From Nitrospirales bacterium (GTDB lineage Bacteria; Nitrospirota; Nitrospiria; Nitrospirales; UBA8639), in NCBI GenBank assembly GCA_965203295.1, contig CBDBCZ010000017.1:352001-416000 (forward strand): 64,000 nucleotides of DNA. Reading direction: 5' to 3'. Below, one piece after another: positions 53,687 through 64,000 of the stretch (positions are counted from its first letter, which is position 1; every line of letters starts with the position of its first letter). The notes beneath the pieces were generated by a model. The model was not told the DNA's origin. It saw only the letters and a program-made list of their open reading frames with translations, and did no database searches. Position numbers and translations under genes: made by a program.

Positions 53687-56600
53687 TTACACCTGCACCA
53701 GGTCCTGTGTTACAGTAGAGCTTTGATGCATACATGTACTACCGCAGTTACAGTGCTTGGATATAAACTGTTTGATCTTGGTAATCTTTACTACATAGAT
53801 TAGATTGACAACGGGATACAGTGCAAAGACTACTAAGCTAAAGTTCACTGGCACCTCAGTTTCTGGTCTCTCGTATGTTTTTTCACATACTCTTCCACCA
53901 GGAGCTTCACATGACAAGTACCCCAACAGTTCCATACTGAAGCTTGTGCCCACAGTACCTAGTGAGGACAGTGCCACAGTACTGCCAAGGCAAACTGCAT
54001 AGTAGACAAACGTGACGAGTACTTTGAGTTCGGCTGTACTCATCAGAAGAGACGAACGCAGCACTGCTTTAAAACTCTGCAGATGGAAAAACAAAATTAA
54101 TATTATATGTGTAACTATCATTGTTAATCTGCCTATGAATTGTTGTGCATGTTGAACTCCTGTGCCTGACTTGATAAAATGGATGCAATATGTATCCATG
54201 CATGATTCAAAGCAGAAGCTAGATACAAGCTAGGAGTTTGCAGAATATAGCTCCATGCACATATGATTGTACAACACTGTGCTCAGTTTTGCTTATTTGG
54301 AACGCTTTGATACAAGGACCTCAAAGCCTATCCCAAAGCGCTACAGGTGAGGGCTTATATTTTAGGTAATAAACCCTTAATTCTTGAAAAAGTAGAGTAA
54401 TTACCTTTCCACTTTGCTCTCTTCTTTTCTTCCGAACGATTCGTATTATTACCCACAAAATGACGACAGTGAGGGAGAGACTGATGGCCAGTGTAATACA
54501 GACAGGCCAAATAATGCCATATGTGACAACACTGCTGGGCCTTGGGAAACATGTTATAGGTGGGAACCGGCCATACTTTCCTTTGTCAAAAGCTACAATT
54601 ATAGCACTCCATGGCAATATCAGAGCCAACAGCAGCATTGTCAGGTGGACATACTTGTGGTAGCCCTTTAGTTTATAAGATCTTGCGTGAAATGGAAACA
54701 CCACTGCCCAAAACACCGACAGAATGTGAAAGCAGGTAAACATAGCGAGCAGCAGAGGGGTGTAGATGAACATAATGGCTGTGAGCAAGAGCAAGATATA
54801 TCATGCAAGACATAAATATAGCTTTAATTGGCAATGAAAGAAGGCCATACAACAGGTATATAATGTTGCATGCAGGAGAATACGTATCCATACAGAGAAA
54901 CTTATTCAACACTATATATATGGCTCATGCGCATATTAAATCTTAAAGGTTAGATGTAATTAACCCTCCGTGGAACTAATATAATGGCAAACCTTGAAAC
55001 TTGCAAAAAGTTGTTGGATTTCGAATACTCTCAACCAGGTCTCGAAACGGGCAGAAGAGTGCCTTGCGGTCAAAGTATCCTACTAACACAGTCAATTCCA
55101 GAACTCCCAATGTGGCAGTGCCGTACACAATGAAGATTGACGGGAACTTTAATCTGAAAATAGTTAGAAACATCTCAGAATCTTGAACACTGTTCCACAT
55201 ATCCACCTGCTTAGGGTTACATGCAGGCCTAACCCCTTTCAAGAGTATAATATGCTATTTTAGTGTTATTTTCCAGCAAAATGGAAACTTCAATCTGCAA
55301 ATATAGTGAGGAAAAATGGACATGCACATCTCAGAATCTCGAACACTGTTTCACATCTCTAGCTGCTAAGGATTACATGCAGGCCTACCTTTTTACACAC
55401 TACAATTTTTCCACGTGCATGCACATAATGCTAAATTACGATCAGCGTATGCGAATACTAGTTACAAATTTAATGTTTCCTTATCAAAATTATAATGTTT
55501 GCAATGAACACATGGTAATCTAGTGAACTGATTAAAAATTTTGCTGCTGAAATTAATAGTCTTGCAGTTACAGATTAGCAGTAGAGCAAGTACAAAGCAC
55601 ACAGTGTCACCTGCATGGCTGGTCTTGAAACTGATTTACATTTTCTATGTCTGTTTATTTTTCAGTTTGTCTGCATATACTCACATCGCCCCCATAAAAT
55701 TTAAAAGCTGATACCTTCAGTGTTACAGTAGCGACTGCATGTAGTGTGTGGGTGATCACAGACCCCTAGATTCAGGGGCCTGTGAAAAAAAAATTGGAAC
55801 GAAAAGTGCTAAAGAGGGTCTGATACAGAATAATGTGTATTCTGCTGAATTTCAGAGGGTCGAATCTCTCTATTTATACTCCTGGCCCACAACTGACAGT
55901 AGCCACCCCTCTCAAAGTAATCCTGGACCAGCCACTGCCTTCAAATGTACACAGGCTATACTGTAACAATTCCCGTCCCACCCCAAACTATTTGACTCAT
56001 CAAACACTCAGCTAAGTTGGGGTATTATTACGGCCACAGTGTTGGAAACTGCATATATAGCGAATGCACACAGGCTACTATAGTATACTGTAACAATCCC
56101 CCCAGCCCAATCTATCTGTTTGACCCATTAAACACTCTCATTATTACGGCCACAGTGTTGAATTACTGCATGGCAGAAGTATACTCACACATTCTTGTAG
56201 TGAATGCAGGAGAGAACCAGGAGCACTGCTGCACCGATAAAGAAAACTGTAGCCATTATGATCACCATCGCGTCAATGGGAATGTAAGTGCCATAGGAGA
56301 ATGCCTCCCACACACCACACTCGGGCCTGCATATCCCATCCAGATCCCGGTAGAAGCCACCACTGCACATTATTGGCTCTGGAAGATCTGCACTAGTTGT
56401 GTTCACTGAAATTAAAAGAGTGTATAGTATATAATGTGAGCATGCATATGCATGTTCTGTGCAAACCGAGTCCTGGTATAATAGCTTTATTGACAGCTTT
56501 GAGCAATTCAGTCATTTATCTTTACAGGTGGAGTAAACACTTTTTGAGGGAACAATGTTTGCTGACTGTAATACCTATACGTAGATAGTGCTTGATCATA

Positions 56601-59471
56601 GCTTTAATCAAATGTGTGGCTATAGAATTATTCACAGTGATTGCTTGTGCGCATACATACAAATGCATGCAGTATAGTATGCAATTTATTAATATGAATA
56701 TCATAACATTGATAACTCATTGTCACTGACCTCAAGCACTAAACATGCATGTAGTAAATGGCATTTAGGCAAGCTTCACATACCTGTGCACTCTTCGAAT
56801 TCGTTTAGAGAGACATCTGGAAACTCATCACACTGTGGCAGCTGATTGGAGCCAAAAAGAGCATTAGCAATAGCAAACTCTTCAGCACATATTCCTTCAG
56901 TGACCGCCCTACACTGTTGAGATGAGGGAAGGTAGAGTTTTCTCCTGTGATTATCGCACAAACCAAAAATGGATGTACATAAGAATTGCGGAGCTATTTC
57001 GTTGCATTCTGGACTTGGATTTAGAAATGGCAGTGCATTTATTGCAGTTTGCGCTACCAGCTCTGATTCCTCTTGATTTTGATTAGCTGGGATAAATACT
57101 TCGCTGCCACCATCACCAAAAAGACAATTCTGCAATGCTTGCAGAGTAGCTCTACATACATCTCCCGAGTAAACTTCTGGGATGCAGAAAGTAGTATTTC
57201 CCTCGTCACTTCTGCTTGGAGTATTGGTGGTATTCGTATCGACAACTTCAACAACATCCTACATAGATTATAGAGAAACATTAATAGGCTACTGAAAGAT
57301 CAGTTGGTGAATTCTTTAGCAATTGGCCATCCCATTTACAAGGACTGTTAACCACTCTCGGCCAGGGTCGTTACTGGCATAGGCCGTCTGACCGTTTGGC
57401 AGACTGTCTACTGAGAGTTTGGGAGAAAAGCAGAAGGGGCCAATTGCTGCTTTTCACAGGGTAAGACCATTAACTCTTTACCAACCAATAACGCATATAT
57501 GCGTCATGAGCTCCCATAAGCCCATATGAATTCATATGGGGGTTTTAATACTAGGCGTTAATACTTTGTATAGGATTTTCTGCTTTTTTAAGCGGTTTCT
57601 TATGGTTGGTAAAGGGTTAATTAATGGTGGCGACGACTGTGCCACTCCTGGTGTGTACTCATCCTGAGCACTGATGCTTGGAGGGTAAGTGAAGGACAGG
57701 AGGCTTAGACTCCTGTCTTGCTCCCAGGCCCTCTTCTGCTTTCATCACACTGAGGTTTAGGAAAGACCTCAGTGGAGGAGTAGTTACTTAATTATAGTGG
57801 GTCGGAAGAGCAAGAGGTGGGAACAAAATTAACAGAGCCTGTACGTCACAAGGCTGCATGTAGCTCAGTGAAAGTGCGCCATGAACACGTGACTTCCCGT
57901 GACTAGATTCATACCGGGTTTCATGGAAATCTTTTAGTTGGCCCCGACCCTTATTGCTTCTGCTATTAACTCGGTTTAACATTGTTAAATTTCATGCAAC
58001 TATCAGCATAAGTACAGTAGCCTTTCCCATACCATGCACAAATGTCCTTCTCCACTATATGGTTACCTATACTATAAGTCTAGAACTTATACTGAGAAAG
58101 CATATTTGCAAAGTGTCCTTAATACAAAGATAAGTCAAATACGTGATTCCTGTTCCTCCACATCATGGCAAAGGCTACATTCCTTGGCCAATTAAGGGAG
58201 TGCTTGTCGCTCACATCTGCATGCTTTTACCATACTACTGACAGCTGGAGTTGACAGTAGGGACATGCATATTATTGGAGAATTTCTTTAGGAGTACATG
58301 TAGTAGGTGCATTCATAAATAATAGTTAAAGGACAGTTTGGGTGAGGTGATTTAAAGTTCGAGGCAAAGCCAAGGAGTTTAACCACTCACCCAAACTGTC
58401 CTTTAATAATTGTACATTGGTATAGCAATAATCTCTGTACATGTATGTGGCCCCCTTTCAGTTTTATAAGCTCCATGGGAAAAAGTGGTTGCTATGGTAA
58501 TGTACATTAATGCCAGAATATATAGTAGGTGATTGTTTTGATAAAGCCAGTCTGTAGGGCCTCCCAACTTGGCCACTCCCTATTTGCCTACACGCTCAAT
58601 ACTTCAACCATCTGAGGTTGGGCCTTGGCGGCAACACATGTGAGACCAAAACATCACTAAGGAAAAGTAGAATATATGTGGCTGTGAATTCCATCAATAA
58701 TTCCAAAGCCAAGTGTAGTGAAGCAGAGGAACTCACTATGACTGGTACTTAAATGTAGAAACACATCAAAAACTCAGTCTGCTACATATGCCTCGTGAAA
58801 ATATGAATAATGCATGATAGGAATAATAGGGCAAATAAAAGAATGCAGGCTCTAAACGTTTTTTATTAACTAAACACAAATTGCGAAGTAGTACTAAAAC
58901 AACACAACGGCCGTATAATATACTAAAAAAAAAAACATTGGCTGGGGATAGTCTATCGAGCTAGACCTCCTCCACGCAAAGCTTGAGTAAGGGTTTAGCA
59001 GAGGTTATTAGTATTCATGACTAGCTGACCAATCAGATTTAGTAGCGGATTCAGCTACTGTACTACACATGGTGCAACCTGCGGTATTAGTAAAGTATGT
59101 GCTACGTTGCTACAATAGCTGTGAACTATGAATACTGAATCTGCTAGAGCTTTGCGTGGAGGAGGGTCTAGCTCCATAGACTAGGCCGGGGAAGGCTTGG
59201 GTAGCCCAGGGCTGGACTTGTGAGGTTAATTTTTGATCAGAGAAGGTATCATAATTTTGACTTTTACCTCGGATAATCCAATAATGCTGAACACAGCTGG
59301 TAGCGACAGTAGTCCCCAGAGAACGACGAGCACTATACACAACACCGCTATATCAATACGTTTCCTGTAATTGACTCTGGGTTTTGCCGCCCGTTCTTCG
59401 GCAGCTGAAGTGGGCACAAACACGTTGTAGCTTTGCAAGGTCTTCAATCCGATTTCTACCGAGCTATCCAT
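53687..59471 (-). CDS. Frizzled-CRD 7TM receptor-like protein, copy B
   Basis: Exons 59471-59268, 57258-56784, 56405-56189, 55153-54993, 54778-54405, 54076-53687; closely similar to copy A with open frames. Confidence 0.8.
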
Positions 59472-60278
59472 GTTCCAAAACGTTTATTAAATAGCGCCAG
59501 GCATGCGCCACCCACCAAATTTCGCCCACTGGGACCACTGTCTTAATTACTGTCATGTGACACAATTGACGTTTGGTACATAATTACACTTCACTGTTCA
59601 GCTGTCATTTAATGTCTGCAGCAGCATTATTTTGATAGCTCAACAGTACATACGTGTATTTCACAATCAGTCATTCACATGCTGTGATAGGCTCATGTGT
59701 GGATAGGCTACCACTGTAGTGTGCACAATGCGGTGTACTGACAACATGCAGATTCCAATTAGAGTACTATAATTTATTCACAGTCAAATCGGTAGATTTC
59801 AAAATTGCAATATATCATGCACAGAAGATGGTGATATAAAACCAAGTCAAATATGAGGCAATATTCTAGAGAAATGATATAAAGCGAACCAACATTAGGA
59901 AACATCCTCAATTATAATTCCTAACCTGTACAACCAACTGAAAAGTGTGAAAGACATAATCATTATAAGAGACATTCTAGAAAAGCTACACAATGTAGTG
60001 GCAGGCTTTTAATTCCTGTACAATACTCACTGTGACTAAATAGCTAACCAAACACAGGAATACAGAGAGGAGCACCAGTACTAGTCACAATACATGTAGT
60101 ATCAATATACAGTATGAGGCAAGTAGGTAACAAATACCTACCTATACTACTAAGAATGCAATCAAAGACCTACTTATTGCATAAAACAGCAAATAACTAA
60201 AACCATGCACAGTGATACATTACATGCATAAAAATACTAATAATTTTTTTGAAACATTTAATATGTAGGGCACCTTTG

Positions 60279-63200
60279 TTACAGTGTAGAGTTTTGATGC
60301 ATACTACCGCAGTTACATTGCTTGGATATAAACTTTTTGATCTTGGCAATTTCTACTACATAGATTAGATTAACAACGGGATACATTGCAATGACTACTA
60401 AGCCAAGGTTTACTGGCACCTCAGTTTCCAGTCTCTCATAAGTTCTTTCGCATATTCTTCCACCAGGGGCTTCGCATGACAAATAACCCTCCAGTTCTGT
60501 ACTGAATATTCTGCCCACAGTACCTAGCGAAGACAATCCTAGAGTACACCCAAGGCATATTGCATAGTAGATAAACGTGATGAGTATTTTGAGTTCGGCT
60601 ATACTCATCAGAAGAGACGAACGCAGCACTGCTTTAAAACTCTGTAGATGAAAAAATAAAGTATAGATGCAGCAATCATTATTTGTCTGCTTATGAATCA
60701 ATGTGCATGCTGCACTCCTGTATACCCGAGTTGATAAAATGGATGCAATATGCATGAAGTATCTAAATATACATGCTAGAGGTTTGCAGAATATACATGG
60801 CATTGTATAGCCATATGTACTGTTACTGTAACATATGTAAAACACTGCTCAGAGCCTAATCCCTATTCGGAAATTGATAATAAGAAGGACCTCAAAGCCT
60901 ATACGCCACCACATCTCTACATTGTACAGGTGCATGAAGGCTTAAATATTAAACACTTATTTTCTTGAAAACAAAATGTAATTACCTTTCCACCTTGCTC
61001 TTGTCTCTTCTTTCGAAAGAGTCGTATTATTACCCACAAAATGATGGCAGTGAGGGAGAGACTGATGGCCAGTGCAATGCAGGCAGGCCAAACAATGCCA
61101 TATGTGATAACGCTGGACCCTGGGTAACACAACACGGGTGGGAACCGCTCAAAAATTCCTCGGTCAAAGGCTACAATTATAGCAATCCATGGTAATATCA
61201 GAGCCAAGAGTAGCATTGTCAGGTGGACGTACTTGTGGTAACCTTTAAGTTTATAAGATCTTGCATGAAATGGAAACAACACTGCCCAAGACACTGACAG
61301 AATATGAAAGGAAGTAAACATAGCAAGCAGCAGAAGGGTGTAGATGAACATAATAGCTGTGAGCAAGAGCAAGATATAATTTCATCACACAAGACATAAA
61401 CATAGCTTTCATTACATTGAATACAGGCTGTACAACAGGTATTTCACTATATAATGTTGTATGCAGCGTACTGTTACAGATCTGATTGAACACACTGTGG
61501 CTCATGCACATATTAAATTGTGTAATATTTATATACCAGTTGGCAGTGCATTACAGGATAGTGCGCAAGGACAATTAAGTAACAGTCGAGGGCGGATAAT
61601 GCACGAACCATGCATTATCCGCCCGAGACCATTACTTAAAATGTCCGAGCGCACTAATTAGTCCCGTAATGCACTGCCAACTGGTATATAAAAGTATTTA
61701 GTGCTCTCACTGACCTGAGACAGCCACAGTTCTGTTAGGCGTTATTCATTAAGCGATTTAATGCACGGTCATGTGATCAATTTTGAGACTTCTGATTCAT
61801 CAAAGGTCACGTGAGTAGCATTAATGTAACCTTAATGTAATGGCAAACCTTGAAACTTGCAAAAAGTTGTTGGATTTTGAATACTCTCGCCCAGGTCTCG
61901 AAACTGGCAGAAGAGAGCCTTGCGGTCAAAGTATCCCACTAACACAGTCAATTCCAGAAGTCCCAATGTGGCAGTGCCGTACACAATGAAGATTGATGGA
62001 AACTTCAATCTGAAAATAGTTGGAAACATCTCAGAATCTCGAACATTGTTCCACATATCCACCTGCTTAGGGTTACATGTAGGTCTAACCTCTTTCAAGA
62101 GTATTTATAGACACTACAATTATTTTCCAGCAAAATTACAATCTGCATGTGGATGCTAATTACAAATTATAATCTATTATTATGGCGGCAGAGTTGGAGC
62201 ACTGCATGGCAGGAGTATACTCACACATTCTTGTAGTGAATGCAGGAGAGAACCAGGAGCACTGCCGCACCAATAAAGAAAACTGTCGCAGTTATGATCA
62301 CCATCGCATCAATGGGAATGTACTTGCCATAGGAGAATGCCTCCCACACTCCACACTCGGGCCTGCATATCCCATCCAGGTCCCGGTAGAAGCCACCACT
62401 GCACAGTATTGGCTCGGGAAGACCTGCACTAGTTGTGTTCACTGAAATAAAGAGAGTAGCTATATTATACAACGTGCATAGTTTATACACTTGGTGTGCA
62501 TGCACGTATTGTGCAAACTAACGTGTCGTGGGAAATAACTAGGCATGATATTATTTACTGACAGCTATGAGCCTATTTTTTTTGGAAAATCAGGAATTTT
62601 AGTTTTACAGGTGGAGTAAAAGCTTTTTTTAAGGGAGTAATGTTTTGCTGACTGTAATGCCTTATTGTATACAGTCAGTCCTCACTAGCAATACTCATGC
62701 GCGATAACATCCATTCAATTGGCATTCATGCAAGCTTACACACAAACCTATGCACTCTTCGAATTCGTTTAGAGACACATCTGGAAACTCATCACACTGT
62801 GGCAGCTGATTGGAGCCAGAAAGAGCATTAGCAGCAACAAACTCTTCAGCACATATTCCTTCAGTGACCGCCCTACACTGTTGAGATGAGGGCAGGTAGA
62901 GTTCTCTCCTGCGGTTATCGCACAAACCAAAAATGGATAAGCACAAGAATGGCGGAGCTATTTCGTTGCATTCTGGACTTGGATTTAGAAATGGCAGTGC
63001 ATTTATTGCAGTTTGCGCTACCAGCTCTGATTCCTCTTGGTTTTGATTAGCTGGGATAAATACTTCGCTGACACCATCACCAAAAAGACAATTTTGCAAT
63101 GCTTGCAGAGTAGCTCTACATACATCTCCCGAGTAAACTTCTGGGATGCAAAATGTAGTATTTCCCTTGTCACCTCTGTTAGAATTATTGGTAGTATTTG

Positions 63201-64000
63201 TATCGACAACTTCAAGATCGCGATCCTACATAATATATTGGAATCAGATCAATGTAGCGAATTTCTTAGCATCTACATGCATGCTTTTTGCCTAGTCTCG
63301 CGGGCCAGACTTCACTTCATTAGTTCACAAGTTCCTTGGAAGGAAGTCTGGCCCGCAAGACTAGCTATTTACCATAGCTACAGTTGACAATTTAATATGA
63401 TATGGTTGAGGAGTGGGGCATTGGCATGCAGGCTTAATAGTAGATATTAAAATTTATATGCTAAGCCGTACTAAAGGCTTGAATAGCCTGGGCCTGGACT
63501 TGGCATACAAGCTGTTACAGACAGTACGTTAGCATGGACATTAATTTTGTATAGGGAATGCAGGCACATGCACACTCGTAAACTAGTGATTAGCTTACAA
63601 ATGAAGCACTGTAGCCAGCTTTAAACCAAACGGTTAGCCTCCTAGCCCCTAACCAAACCCTAATCCAACCCTAACCCTAACCCTAACCCTAACCCAAACC
63701 CTTAAAATGCTAGTCTCTAACGGAAATTCTTGGGATGAGTTTGATCAGAGAAGGTATTAGTCTCGCGTGACCAGACCCTTGACGGAAAGTTAGAGTCTGG
63801 CGAACTGCTTATACAGCGGTTGTAGCTCTGGAATGCTTTTATATAAGCGTTTAATGTACATTACCATGGTAACCACTTTTTCCCACGCTTATAGCACTCA
63901 AATGAGGCCACATACAGGGATCACTGCTATACCAATGTACATTAAATCAGTTAAAGGTCAGTTTGGGTGAGGGGTTACAATCCTTGGCTTCACCTCGGAC
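60279..64000 (-). CDS. Frizzled-CRD 7TM receptor-like protein, copy C (exon 1 runs off the window)
   Basis: Exon 1 tail GTCCGAG|GTGAAG at 64000-63994; exons 63225-62748, 62441-62225, 62009-61849, 61356-60986, 60641-60279. More diverged in TM5-TM7. Confidence 0.78.
63645..63703. repeat. Degenerate (CCCTAA)n tract in copy C intron 1; a similar degenerate tract lies at ~8200-8270
   Basis: CCCTAACCAAACCCTAATCCAACCCTAACCCTAACCCTAACCCTAACCC. Confidence 0.8.

Overview
Eukaryotic, intron-rich animal DNA. Gene content and repeat style suggest a demosponge, but that is an inference. I reconstructed the genes by hand from GT-AG sites and reading frames. (1) A Bcl-2-family cluster: a 2-exon Bak-like gene (-) head-to-head with an intronless Bcl-2/Bcl-xL-like gene (+), a BH1-less intronless Bak derivative, several Bak fragments and a Gypsy protease relic. 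(2) A 16-exon ARHGAP1/8-like BCH-RhoGAP with an extra atypical N-terminal SH3 (-). (3) A kinase with an intronless CDS, TKL-type, with a coiled-coil tail (+). (4) A 13-exon coiled-coil protein with an SPDR repeat array, a 4x repeated LAESL..ELR.QQ motif and a CPI-like C-terminus (-). (5) THG1L (+). (6) Three tandem Frizzled-CRD/7TM receptor genes with an extra N-terminal membrane anchor (-). Non-coding highlights: palindromic Penelope-like insertions with flanking direct repeats and minimal hammerhead ribozyme cores; telomeric (CCCTAA)n tracts ending just before 3' splice sites; repeated tandem amplification of exon-intron junctions; many MITEs and mini/microsatellites. I recognised no tRNA, rRNA or CRISPR array.
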